Below, in pieces: positions 1-10,506 of a stretch of DNA of 64,000 nucleotides. Within the stretch, counting starts at the first letter, position 1. Each line of letters opens with the position of its first letter. Both the position numbers and the translations under genes were made by a program. The stretch covers positions 32,001 to 96,000 of the forward strand of contig CAVPNL010000002.1 of assembly GCA_963706575.1 (NCBI GenBank), given 5' to 3'. The notes below the pieces were generated by a model. That model was given only the letters and a program-made list of their open reading frames with translations. It searched no databases and was not told the DNA's origin. Source of the stretch: an uncultured delta proteobacterium (GTDB lineage Bacteria; Desulfobacterota; Desulfobacteria; Desulfobacterales; JAHEIW01).

Positions 1-661
1 CGTGAATCAGCAGAACCGGTCCCCGGTAGCGTTTAACGGCCTCAAGATTGTTAAACGCGGTCCCGCACCAGAAACTCGGGCACTCCGAATTTTGCAGCCA
101 TGGAATGAACGCTGGTGAAGGTCGACATGAGAATCAAAGCAGCCGAAGGTCTTTCGAGCGCCAATGCACAGACCGCTCCACCGCCGAGGGATCGGCCGAA
201 CAGGACAATCCGGGATGGATCGACCTCTTTTCTGGATACCAGGGCGTCATAAGCCGCCACAAAAGCATGCCGAATGCTTTGCTCTGACGGCGTGCCGCTG
301 GAGCGCCCGTAACCCGGATATTCCACCAGCAGCAAACCGATTCCCATTCGGCTGAAATTTTTAAGGGCCTCCGGCCAGATAGTCGATTAATTCAGCGTTG
401 CCATGTGCAAAAATGACCGCCGGTGCCGGCAGCGCATCCCGGCCGTGAACCGGAGGCAAAAACCAGGCTTCAGTTTTGCCGTATCTCGGTTTTTAGCCAG
501 ATTTTTTCCAAACCGGCAATGCTGGCACCCGGGTCTCCTTGCGGAGGTTTCGGAATCTGGCTGCGCGGGAATAAAATGGAGCGTTGCATCAGGAAAAGGA
601 AAATACAGTAGATGCAATAGAAAACAAGTACCCACGCGATGGTTTTAACGAGCGGATTCAT
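1..661 (-). CDS. Alpha/beta hydrolase with N-terminal membrane anchor (frameshifted; runs off left edge)
   Basis: Fragments 470..661 (TM, QRSILFP) and 51..347 (EYPGYGRS, GRSLGG nucleophile elbow). Confidence 0.8.
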
Positions 662-754
662 TAAATTATTTTATTGGTTAACCGCTGATGGGATGTCAAG
701 TCGATAAAAGCGGATGGCGTGAACTTCTTTGCGCCCATAAGAAAGGATTTAGCC

Positions 755-1998
755 ATGATTATCCAGAGTATTGCAGGATTATTGGTTTTTGCCGGCATTG
801 CCTGGTGCATGAGTGAAAACCGCAGACAGGCCAGCCTGAAGATCGCCGTTATTGGAATCATCATTCAGCTGGCGGTTGGGCTCATTCTTTTAAAGCTGCC
901 GATGTTCAGAGAGTTTTTTCTGTTTTTGAATCGGCTGGTGCTGTCCTTGCAGGCAGCAACCACCGCAGGGAACATCTTTTGTATTTGGCTACCTGGGCGG
1001 GGCAGATTTGCCTTTTAAGGAATCGTTTCCCGGCGCGAGCTTCATTTTAGCATTCAGGGCGCTTCCGCTGGTGCTGCTGATGAGCGCCCTGTCGGCGCTG
1101 CTGTTTTACTGGAAGATTTTACCGGTTGTTGTTAGAGCGTTTTCCTGGGCTCTGCAGAAAACCATGGGGGTAGGGGGGGCCGAAGGACTGGGTGTTTCGG
1201 CCAACATATTTGTCGGAATGGTGGAATCACCGCTTTTTATCCGCCCGTATTTAAAGGAGATGACGCGCAGTGAGATTTTCACCCTGATGACCTGCGGCAT
1301 GGCCACCATTGCCGGAACCGTTATGGTGCTGTATGCAAGTATTTTAAGTGATAAAATTCCGGATGTTATGGGGCATATTCTAACCGCTTCCATTATCAGC
1401 GTGCCGGCTGCGATTACCATTTCTAAAATCATGGTTCCGGAAACCGGGGAGCTGACCAGCGGGAAATTAACCGCACCGGATCAGGCATCAAGTTCGATGG
1501 ATGCCATCACCAAAGGCACCCTTCAGGGGGTTGAATTACTGATTAACATCATCGCCATGCTGGTGGTGCTGGTGGCACTGGTCTATCTTGCGAATTTAAT
1601 TTTGGGACTTTTCCCTGACATTGGCGCAAGGCCCATCACGCTGCAGAGACTGCTGGGGATTATCATGGCGCCGATTGTGTGGCTGATGGGTGTTCCCTGG
1701 CATGAGACCACCACTGCAGGGGCCTTGATGGGGACCAAAACCATTCTGAACGAATTACTGGCCTATATCGATCTGAGTCGTCTGCCCCCGGATGCATTGA
1801 GCTCCCAGAAGCCTGTTGATCATGACGTATGCCATGTGCGGCTTTGCCAATCCGGGCAGCCTCGGGATCATGATCGGTGGTATGGGGACAATGGCACCCG
1901 GTCGCCGCAATGAAATTGTTGCTCTGGGTCTGCGATCCATCATTGCCGGCACCCTGGCCACTTGTATGACCGGTGCAGTTGTCGGAATTATTGGTTGA
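755..1998 (+). CDS. nupC: Concentrative nucleoside transporter, CNT/NupC family (frameshifted)
   Basis: Fragments 719..1018, 1008..1913, 1816..1998; motifs ANIFVGMVESP, GMATIAG, GTKTILNE, CGFANPGS. Confidence 0.88.
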
Positions 1999-2132
1999 CC
2001 ACTTCTCAGATGTCTTACATTCACTAAAGCCTGGATTCCAAGTTGACAGGGACCGGTAAATTCATTACTTTAACGACTTGGAATCATGAAAAATATCCGA
2101 TGCTAATTTCGGAAATAAAGGGAGGAACTCTG

Positions 2133-2339
2133 ATGGCAGACATGCAAGTTTATGAATGTGTCAATTGCGGGAACACCGTCGAGGTCGGCGCGGAAGAATC
2201 AAAATTACCTGAATGTTGTGGCAACGCGATGAAGCCGGTTGAAGATTTAAAAGCCTGCGGATTAAGCACGACTGCGGAGCATTCCCGCTTCGATGATTTT
2301 GATGAACCCTGCGATGATGGCCGATCGGGAAAGATTTAG
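2133..2339 (+). CDS. Small desulforedoxin-like Cys-rich metal-binding protein (68 aa)
   Basis: RBS GGAGG 2121-2125; VYECVNCGNTVEV...PECCGNAM (CxxC...CC) plus two further Cys. Confidence 0.75.
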   Translation: MADMQVYECVNCGNTVEVGAEESKLPECCGNAMKPVEDLKACGLSTTAEHSRFDDFDEPCDDGRSGKI

Positions 2340-2397
2340 GCTATCGACCGATTTCAAAGTAAAGCCCAAATTACCCACCGTCATCTTTTCGTGTGCG

Positions 2398-2440
2398 AAG
2401 CTCACCTCAAGGCTGCACAATTGCCTGGGGTGAGTTTTTT
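2398..2440 (+). terminator. Intrinsic terminator
   Basis: CTCACCTCAAGGC...GCCTGGGGTGAG stem followed by TTTTTT. Confidence 0.65.
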
Positions 2441-2602
2441 AATTTCCCGCCATTTATACTGAAAAACGATCACGCATGGATCTTGGGGAAGGTAATTTTA
2501 TTGACAGAAAAATTAGGCCAAGATAAAAAACTATTTGAGAAGTTCTTTATGATCTCGATATAATTTTGGTTTTTCACGCCGGCTATTGATGAGGTATTGC
2601 TT

Positions 2603-4123
2603 ATGAACATATCGAATATCATCAAACAGCATGTGGACGAGCACCCAAACGAGACGGCGATTATTTTTGAAGAACTACGCCTGACCTATGGGGAACTTGA
2701 TCGGTTGATTAATCGGGTTGCCGGTGGACTGCTAAAAAGGGGTTTAATGCGCGGGGACGTGTTGTCGTTATTTTTGCCGAGTATTCCGGAGTTGATCATC
2801 GGTTATCTGGCGGCGGTTCGGGCGGGGCTGATAGTTAATGTGGTAAACGCCATGCTCAGGGAACAGGAGGTGGCCTATATTTTGAAGGATTGTGCCACCC
2901 GGGCCGTATTGGTGGATACGAAACGGCTGTCAATACTGGAAGCAATAAGGCCAGAGGTTGAATCCCTAAATTCGGTGATTGTGCTTGGAAAGTCGGGAAG
3001 CGATCAATATGACACCTATGAATCCGTGCTGGATTCGGGTAAAGACCAATTCGAACCTGTTGACTTCCAAGACGGGGACCTGTGTCATCTGATGTACACA
3101 TCGGGTACTACCGGCCGGCCTAAAGGCGTTATGGCCACCCATCGAAATGTCTGGCACAACGCCACCCATTTTGGGAACGTTCACTTTCAAGCAACGGACA
3201 CCATCATGGTGGCCACGCCAATCTTTCATTGCTGGGGTCTGGTCAACGGAACCTTTGGGATGCTGTCTAAAGGGGGAACCGTGATCACGGTGGAGCGGTT
3301 TTATCCTGATCGGGCCTTAAACGATATTGAACGCCTTAAACCAACGATTTTTCAAGGTGTGCCGCCCATGTTCAACCTGTTGCTTCGGCAGCCGGAATTG
3401 GACAAGCGCGAGATCTCCTCGGTCGTCTTTTGTCTTTCAGCAGCCACCAAGATGCCGGAAAATTTGATTCATCAAGTAGAACAACGGCTCAACTGGCGTT
3501 ATGCGGAGGCCTGGGGCCTTACCGAGGTCTCTTGCGTGGGCACGACCGCACCTTATAAAGACACCCGCATCGGTTCCTGCGGCAGGGGCATGGACGATGG
3601 CGAGATCAAGGTGGTGGATGAGCAAGGTGCTATTTTACCCGTCGGACAACAGGGAGAATTGTGTATTCGCGGGACTTGCGTGACGAAAGGGTATCTTAAC
3701 AAACCGGAAGCCACAAAAGAGGCTTTCGATACCGAAGGCTGGTTTCATTCCGGTGACGTCGCCTACATGGACACAGAGGGTTACGCTTACATTGTGGACC
3801 GCAAAAAGGATATGATCAATGTGGGCGGTGAGAAGGTGTTCCCGTCAGAGGTCGAGGACATGATGTTATCCCACGCCAAGATTAAGGATCTGGTGATTGT
3901 GGGCATCCCCGACGATCTTAAAGGCGAAGCGCCCAAGGCCTTCATCGTGCTTCGAGAGGGAGAAGCCGCCACGGAAGAGGAAATTCGAGCACATTGTAAA
4001 GAAAAAATGGCCCCTTACAAAGTGCCGGTGGCGGTTGAATTTATTGAGGAGGTGCCGCGCGCTGCATCGGGCAAGGCCCTGAGGCGATTGCTGCGGGACA
4101 AAGAGTGGGGCAAATGCGATTAA
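2603..4123 (+). CDS. Acyl-CoA synthetase / AMP-binding enzyme
   Basis: YTSGTTGRPKG, WGLTE, GWFHSGD, DRKKDMI, PRAASGK motifs; intact; GAGG RBS. Confidence 0.93.
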   Translation: MNISNIIKQHVDEHPNETAIIFEELRLTYGELDRLINRVAGGLLKRGLMRGDVLSLFLPSIPELIIGYLAAVRAGLIVNVVNAMLREQEVAYILKDCATRAVLVDTKRLSILEAIRPEVESLNSVIVLGKSGSDQYDTYESVLDSGKDQFEPVDFQDGDLCHLMYTSGTTGRPKGVMATHRNVWHNATHFGNVHFQATDTIMVATPIFHCWGLVNGTFGMLSKGGTVITVERFYPDRALNDIERLKPTIFQGVPPMFNLLLRQPELDKREISSVVFCLSAATKMPENLIHQVEQRLNWRYAEAWGLTEVSCVGTTAPYKDTRIGSCGRGMDDGEIKVVDEQGAILPVGQQGELCIRGTCVTKGYLNKPEATKEAFDTEGWFHSGDVAYMDTEGYAYIVDRKKDMINVGGEKVFPSEVEDMMLSHAKIKDLVIVGIPDDLKGEAPKAFIVLREGEAATEEEIRAHCKEKMAPYKVPVAVEFIEEVPRAASGKALRRLLRDKEWGKCD

Positions 4124-4135
4124 AACCAAATTGCT

Positions 4136-4282
4136 TAGAAGTGGTTTCAAAATCTCAGATCAGGTTCAAGGGCAAGGCGCAGGCCGATCGAGAAAGCGCA
4201 GCATACATGGGGTATGTGAGCATTTATCGGAGGTCTGCAACGCAGCCATTGGGCCTTAGATGAGGGTTTGAAACCACTTCTA
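4136..4282 (+). mobile_element. ~147-bp TA-flanked hairpin element (MITE-like), copy 1
   Basis: TIR TAGAAGTGGTTTCAAA...TTTGAAACCACTTCTA; near-identical copies at 54050 and 63025. Confidence 0.85.
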
Positions 4283-4298
4283 GAGGGAGGGAACTGCG

Positions 4299-5120
4299 AT
4301 GAAAAAGGTATTGACCAGTCTCGAGGAGGCGGCCAGGCTTGTTCAGGACGGCGACCTGGTAACCTTCGGCGGGGCGACCTTCCACCGGGCTCCGATGGAG
4401 TTTGTGCGGGAGCTGGTGCGCCAGGGGAAAAAAGAGCTGAATCTGATAGACCGCGAACCGGCCATGGACTTTGATCTGCTCATCGGTGCCGGCTGCGTTG
4501 CCAAAGTGCGCACCGGCATGCTGGCCTTTGAGGTCTTTGGAATGGCCCCCAATTTTCGCAAAAAGTCGGAGAAAGGTGAAATCGTCACGAAAGAAGGGGC
4601 CTGCCAGCCGATCATTGCCGGATTTCGTGCTGCCGCGATGGGCCTGCCGTCGCTACCCGTGAAAGGGATGCTGGGCTCCGATCTGCTGACGATCAGCGAG
4701 GTGGTCGGCAGCCAGACAGAGATTAAGGACCCTTTCACCGGCGAAACGATGATTGCCGTCCGGGCCATTGAACCGGATATTGCGATTATTCACGCCCAAA
4801 AGGCGGACGAATACGGCAACATAAGGATCGAGGGGCCTTTTTATGAAGACGTCATCAAAGCCAAGGCGGCCAAAAAAGTGGTGGTAACCGTCGAAGAGCT
4901 GATTTCCAACCGTGATATCAGAAAAATGCCGCAGGCCACAACCATACCGCACTTTATTGTGGATGCCGTCGTGGAAACGCCTAAAGGCGCCTATCCGTGC
5001 TCCTGCTTTAATTATTATGATGCGGACTATGATCACATCAAGGCATACCTCAAGGCAGCAGCTCAGGATCAATTTGAACAATATTTGGATAACAACGTCT
5101 ACAGGAGGGCAAGTGCATGA
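4299..5120 (+). CDS. Class I CoA-transferase-fold subunit A (GctA/AibA-like)
   Basis: SLEEAA...DGD...GG..RAPM, RAAAMGLP, DPFTGE, HAQKADEYGN. Confidence 0.88.
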   Translation: MKKVLTSLEEAARLVQDGDLVTFGGATFHRAPMEFVRELVRQGKKELNLIDREPAMDFDLLIGAGCVAKVRTGMLAFEVFGMAPNFRKKSEKGEIVTKEGACQPIIAGFRAAAMGLPSLPVKGMLGSDLLTISEVVGSQTEIKDPFTGETMIAVRAIEPDIAIIHAQKADEYGNIRIEGPFYEDVIKAKAAKKVVVTVEELISNRDIRKMPQATTIPHFIVDAVVETPKGAYPCSCFNYYDADYDHIKAYLKAAAQDQFEQYLDNNVYRRASA

Positions 5121-5878
5121 ATGCAAGGATCGAGACACCGGATTTGATGATCTATGCCATGGCCTTGGAGATCGAGAATTTCAACACCGTGCTTCATGGG
5201 GTTTCTTCACCCCTGCCGGTTCTGGCCATGAGCGTAGCGCGCAAAACCCACGCACCGGATATGGCCTATATTTCAGGAGCAGAGGGAGTCGACCCTGAGA
5301 TTGACCGGATTTACCCATCATCCTTCGATCCGCGTTTGAATCGGAATGCAGTGGCTTACTTCGGGCTGCACGAGGCATTTGACCTGGCCCAGCGGGGTGA
5401 GCTCGATGTTATGTTTTTGGGGGCGGCTCAGGTCGACTGTAATGGCAATACCAATCTCAGCCTCATCGGAGATGTTGAGCGGCCCAAAGTTCAACTGCCG
5501 GGCGGGGCGGCTTCGGCCTTTTTGATGCCCATCACGCCAAAGGTTGTGGTCTGGGTCACGCGGCATTCCAACAGGGTTTTTGTTGAGGAAGTGGATTTTG
5601 TGACCGGCCAAGGCTATAATCATCGTTCTGAGGAGTATAAAGTAAATGAGATTGTGGTCATATCCAATCTGGCCGTGATGAACTTTAAAAATCCGGAGAG
5701 GGCGATGCAGATTCAGTATTATCATCCGGGCCACACGATTGAGGAGATCAAGGATAGCACCGGCTTTGATCTTCGGGTGGCGCCGGATGCATCGGAAACC
5801 CCGGCCCCAACTCAGGATATCCTTGACTTCATTGCGGAAATTGACCGGGACGGTGTACGACTGAGCGAATTCCATTAA
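5117..5878 (+). CDS. Class I CoA-transferase-fold subunit B (AibB/GctB-like; canonical Glu absent)
   Basis: ARKTHAP, FLGAAQVDCNGNTN, LPGGAAS, HPG...TGF; ATGA overlap with subunit A. Confidence 0.85.
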   Translation: MNARIETPDLMIYAMALEIENFNTVLHGVSSPLPVLAMSVARKTHAPDMAYISGAEGVDPEIDRIYPSSFDPRLNRNAVAYFGLHEAFDLAQRGELDVMFLGAAQVDCNGNTNLSLIGDVERPKVQLPGGAASAFLMPITPKVVVWVTRHSNRVFVEEVDFVTGQGYNHRSEEYKVNEIVVISNLAVMNFKNPERAMQIQYYHPGHTIEEIKDSTGFDLRVAPDASETPAPTQDILDFIAEIDRDGVRLSEFH

Positions 5879-5924
5879 AGCGTAAGTTTTGGGCAGGAAA
5901 CATCCGCATCAAGGAGAATTATCA

Positions 5925-6968
5925 ATGGCGACAACCACCGGCAGGCAAAGAGTTTCCGCAGCTTTTAAAAAGACCTTTACTGATGCGGACATAAAACTTG
6001 ATCGAATCCCCGCTTATCCCATCCTGGGCGCCCATAACGCCCAGCTTATTGGCGCCTCCATCAGGGAGTTTCTGCTGGATCCCAAAATCTTTGTAAAAGC
6101 CCAGGTAGCAGCATATGAGCGCTACCGGCCGGATATCATCGTTATGGAGAGGGATCTGCTCATGGATGTTGAAGCCATGGGCAATGAACTCAAATTTCCC
6201 GCGGACAGTATGTGCATATCTACCAAGGTGGCGCTTGAAGATAAGGGAAAATTGAGCAGCCTTAAACTTGCAGATCCAACAAAAGACGGCCGCATCCCGG
6301 ATTATATGGAAAGCCTGGCTGAAACCAAAAAGATCATCACCGATGCGATCGTCTCTGCCGTGATTGCCGGTCCCTGGACCGTTGCCATCGGACTCAGAGA
6401 GGCAGAGCCGCTGCTGCGGGATGCAATCAAAGATCCGGATTACATTCATGAACTCATGGCGTTTTGCACTCAGGAGTCCATCCGGTTCGGCGAAGCGGTG
6501 TGTCCCCTTAAGGTGGGGCTCAGCTTTTCCGAAGCCCCGGCCTCATGCAGCCTGATTTCTCCAAAGATATACCGGGAATTCATCTTTCCCTATCATAAAC
6601 GGATCGCGGATCATTTTAAGGAAAAAAAAGTCGGAACGGGCCTTCATATTTGCGGATATGCGGATCCGATTATAGAAGACATGGTTAATACGGGGATGAC
6701 GAACCTGAGCATCGATGCACCTTCGGATCTGGCCAGGGCGATAGCGTTAACCCGGGGCAAGGCTGTGCTCATCGGCAATATCAACACCAATCTTTTCTTT
6801 TCCGGGACCAGACGGGACATGGAGCGGGCGATAAAAAATTGTATTGAGATTGCGCCCGATGACAGCGGATATATCCTGTCCAGCGGTTGCGAAGTGCCCG
6901 GTATCGCCCCGCCGGAAAAGGTGGCATGGTTTATGGAAATCGTCAACGAGCTTTGCGTGAAAGACTAA
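5925..6968 (+). CDS. UroD/MtaA-CmuA family (MT2-type) Zn methyltransferase
   Basis: GPWT, ASCSLISP..Y.EF, HICG (HxC), GNI, SSGCEV distal Cys; RBS AAGGAG 5911-5916. Confidence 0.85.
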   Translation: MATTTGRQRVSAAFKKTFTDADIKLDRIPAYPILGAHNAQLIGASIREFLLDPKIFVKAQVAAYERYRPDIIVMERDLLMDVEAMGNELKFPADSMCISTKVALEDKGKLSSLKLADPTKDGRIPDYMESLAETKKIITDAIVSAVIAGPWTVAIGLREAEPLLRDAIKDPDYIHELMAFCTQESIRFGEAVCPLKVGLSFSEAPASCSLISPKIYREFIFPYHKRIADHFKEKKVGTGLHICGYADPIIEDMVNTGMTNLSIDAPSDLARAIALTRGKAVLIGNINTNLFFSGTRRDMERAIKNCIEIAPDDSGYILSSGCEVPGIAPPEKVAWFMEIVNELCVKD

Positions 6969-6996
6969 GCAGTGGGTGCAGATAGGTCGGAATCTT

Positions 6997-8427
6997 CTAT
7001 TTTTCCGGTTTGCGGTGGACGGCGATCATGGTAATGTCGTCAAATTGGGGCGCATTGTCGATGTGATCGAACAGATCGGTCTGGATTCTTTCGATCAATT
7101 CTGTCGCCGATGAGGCCCGAACTTCCAGAAGCGCACGAAATTTTTCTTTAGAATACAGGGTTTGACGGGGGGAAAGGGCTTCAGTCACCCCGTCGGTATA
7201 ACCGATCAGAATGTCGCCCGGTTCAAGTTGCGATTGTTGGATTTTAAATTCCGCACCGGTGATGATGCCGACAACGGGACCTGCAGCACTCAACGTCTCT
7301 TTGATTCCGGACTGTCCAATAATAAAAAGCGGCTCATGTCCGCCATTGATATAAGCGATGTTCGCCGGTAACCGGATTGAGGATCCCAAAAAAGAGGGTG
7401 GCAAACATGGTCTCATGGCCGTGTTCCAATGAGATATAATCATTGGTCAGGGGTACGGCCTGCAGCATGCGGAATATATCGACCTCCACGGTGCTCTTTT
7501 CCGCTGGGGCGGATTGGCCGGCTGACCACCCCGCCAGGCTGATCTGCCCGGAAAAAACCCGCATCAGGCTGCGAAACAGCGCCATGTACAAGAGCTGATC
7601 CCACGCCTTTATCGCATACGTCCGCGATCACCAGTCCCAATGTAATTCCCCGGCAGCATGAATGCATCATAAAAATCCCCGGAAACCTGGCGCGCCGGAT
7701 AAAATGAGGTTTCGATTTCCCATCCCGGAATCTGGGGTATTTTATTTGGCAAAAAATCCCTTTGGATTTTTTTGCCCTTTTCAAGCTCTGCATTCAGTGC
7801 TTGCGAGTAGTTTTCAACTTCTGCTTTCGCCGTTCGAGGGAATAATACGATTTTTCGAGTTTGGCATAAAGGCGCGCATTTTCCAAAGCAATCGCAATTT
7901 GTCCGGCGGTCATTTCCATCAAATCGGCGGTTTCCTGGCTGAAATGACCGGTGCGCGCGTGCAACAGGGTGAGCAGACCCAGAAGCTTTTCATCCCGCAG
8001 AATCGGCACTGCCAGTGCGGAACGGACCGTATAGGGCTGGTCCGGGAGGTCCAGCCAGCGATCGTCCGTTTGGGTGTCTTCAATTAAGCCGACCTGGCGA
8101 TGGCGTCTGATCCAGCCGGCCAGACCTTTGTCTAAAACTCGGCCGATGAGTTGAGAGCGTTGTTCCGGTGTTGCATCGGCGCGGGTCAGAATGCTCTCGA
8201 TTACCACACCATTGCGATCGAGCAGAAAAAGGGAGTCCTTTTTCTGCCCCTGTTAGATCCACAAAGACTTCCAGCGTTTGCTGTAGAATTGAAATCAGTT
8301 TTTCTTCTTTACCGGTAGATCGTGCCAGTGAAACAAAATTTTCAAGCAGTTTGCTCTGGGCTTGAAATGCTGCTTTTTCACTTTTTAATTGCGCCAGCTC
8401 TTTTTTAAGCGTCTTGAGTTCCTGCAA
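6997..8427 (-). CDS. GAF + SpoIIE/PP2C phosphatase (frameshifted)
   Basis: GAF fragment (ALAVPI...QIAIALENARL), IADVCDKG, GYTDGVTEA, DDITM; GGAGG before TTG start. Confidence 0.85.
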
Positions 8428-8685
8428 TTTGATCTACCTCCCATAAGAGAGTTTTGATTGTGGGGCAGGACAAATCGTCATCTTGGCCATTTGGAATTGT
8501 AAAAAAAATGTTTGACTGTCGCTGTGCCGAATGGGTATAAACGCATTACTTGGGTCAAAGCATACATCAGTTGAGCAGACAATACAACTTTACTTTAGAA
8601 GCCGATTTACCTGCCAGGTCTCAGATTTCACACAGCCTTGATAATCACTTCTATAGTTTTTTATCCAAGCGGCCGCTCTTTTTTT

Positions 8686-8702
8686 AGCATATCATGTGCC
8701 CA
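8686..8702 (-). promoter_or_regulatory. Candidate sigma54 promoter for the phosphatase gene
   Basis: Minus strand TGGGCACATGATATGCT: GG-N10-GC spacing. Confidence 0.4.
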
Positions 8703-8830
8703 AGCAGTTTCTTCCCGATTATCAAACTTTGCGGCTTTCAGCGCAATGAATATCATAATCAATCATAAGCCAGGTTGGTTTGCGTTAAATTTAAGTCGGC
8801 GTAAATGTCCAACAGCAAAGGAGGTCTTCG

Positions 8831-9256
8831 ATGTTTAACCAAATTCTTATGGCGTTAAAATTTGGTGCGGCATCTGAGTTTGCGCTGGTCAAAGGTATTG
8901 AACTGGCCCGGGTACATGATGCCGAACTGCATATTTTTCACGCCCTGGATTTTACCTTAAACGAACTGGAAGAAGACGATCCGAAGCGGGTTAAAGTGGT
9001 TGAAGATGCGCAACAGCAGTACGCTGCCAAAATAAAACCGTTGCTGGCAGATTTTGAAAAAGGATCCTTTATCTGTTTGCCGGCTGATCCGGCCATGAAA
9101 ACCTGTAAGATGGCCCGGGAACTGAATGTGGACCTGATTATTTTGGGCTGTCACCAGCTTCCGGAGAAAATGTGCCTCGGCCGGGTCGACTATATCGGCA
9201 TGACCATTCTCGAAAAAGCGCCGTGTCCGGTGCTGCTGGTTCCACTGTGTGAATAG
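8831..9256 (+). CDS. Universal stress protein
   Basis: MFNQILMA..., VDLIILG, ILEKAPCPVLLV; RBS GGAGG. Confidence 0.88.
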   Translation: MFNQILMALKFGAASEFALVKGIELARVHDAELHIFHALDFTLNELEEDDPKRVKVVEDAQQQYAAKIKPLLADFEKGSFICLPADPAMKTCKMARELNVDLIILGCHQLPEKMCLGRVDYIGMTILEKAPCPVLLVPLCE

Positions 9257-9343
9257 AACCCATAAAATATCAGGTTGTTTGGGGAGGGGGATCAATCGTA
9301 ACTGGAATTAGGATTTAGCGACTCTTACTGGTGCGGGGAAATC

Positions 9344-9994
9344 TCATTGTTCTGTCTTTTCGGTGTCAAGCGGCGGGTTGAGTATTTTTCTTAAATTTTT
9401 AAGTGAGTGAATCGTCGTGTCGCGAGTGCCGGAATTGGAAAGATAATTTGCAAATGGACCGGCGGCATTGGTGCGATTAATAAATGTAATGCGGGTACGG
9501 CCAGCAGATATTCGTTCAAGAATCCATTGATGCTCGGAGTCAGTGATTCGCACACATTGTTTTCTCAATGGAATGAAGGGCGTTCTTAATGCGATACTGT
9601 GGATAATCACTTTTTCCGACGCATAATCAATAGTGACTTCAGTCTTATACACGACATCCCGGTCTGAAAACGGCCACGGGGTGTCGATGGTCACATAAAG
9701 GAAAAATTGAAAATCGGATGAATTTTGGGCGGGCATTTTTTTGGCTTCAATGCATTTAAAAAACCATCGGGGATAGGAATCAATATCAGACAAAAAAAAT
9801 CCGACTGTCTCCAGGGACCGGCTAACAATACAAACCCCCTTAAATTGCTTTTCTGAATCCCCGTTCACTTCTCTGGCATACAAGGTAATATCGTCATTAT
9901 CAACGATGAATTCCCACTCGCCGCCAGCAACTGAAATTGTCGGCAAAACCATGATTATCAAAATAATGGTTATGTGCTTAAATGTGTTTTTCAT
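9344..9994 (-). CDS. Exported START-domain lipid-binding protein
   Basis: Signal peptide; YPRWFFKC, TPWPFSDRD motif. Confidence 0.8.
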   Translation of the reverse strand: MKNTFKHITIILIIMVLPTISVAGGEWEFIVDNDDITLYAREVNGDSEKQFKGVCIVSRSLETVGFFLSDIDSYPRWFFKCIEAKKMPAQNSSDFQFFLYVTIDTPWPFSDRDVVYKTEVTIDYASEKVIIHSIALRTPFIPLRKQCVRITDSEHQWILERISAGRTRITFINRTNAAGPFANYLSNSGTRDTTIHSLKNLRKILNPPLDTEKTEQ

Positions 9995-10000
9995 TTAAAA

Positions 10001-10505
10001 TTAAAAAGGCCAGAAGCTCTGATCATACCAGATGTCTTCCGTTAGTTCCCTGTCAATATCAGCCAGAAAATTCAGATGCTGCGTCTCCCATTTTGCCAGC
10101 CAGTTGTAAAGTGCTTTTTCATTTGGATCGGTGGCGGCGGCAGCACGATCGGAATACAGTTTTATGGCGCTTTCTTCCATGGACATCGCCGCCGATATGG
10201 CAGCCGCTTCATAATCGGCTGCGGAAATTTCGGATTTAATTTCCTTTGAAAGGACCTGGCTGTCGATACCGGGTTCATGCTGGTCGTCAAATTGGTCGTC
10301 ATTGAATTGCTTATTGTCCTGATAGGCTTTAAATTGTTCGGAAAGGATTCGGATATGATTTTCCTCCTCAGCGGCCATCGTTTCGAAAAAATCGTTTAAC
10401 AGCTTCAGCGGATGCCTGCTGGGCCACTTTTTCATAAAAGGCCTGTCCTCTTTTTTCCATCAGAATTGCACTCTTTAAAATATCAGTCGTTTTGTCGTCA
10501 GCCAT
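10001..10505 (-). CDS. Rubrerythrin/ferritin-like protein (frameshift near 5' end)
   Basis: MADDKTTDILKSAILMEK.. then EEENH, MEESAIKLY, WETQH di-iron motifs; C-terminal FWPF. Confidence 0.82.
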
Positions 10506-10506
10506 A

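Noticed and set aside
5318..6449. Long antisense ORFs opposite real genes (also 57749..58234, 59630..60136)
   Set aside because: Shadow frames of well-supported CDSs, without motifs or RBS
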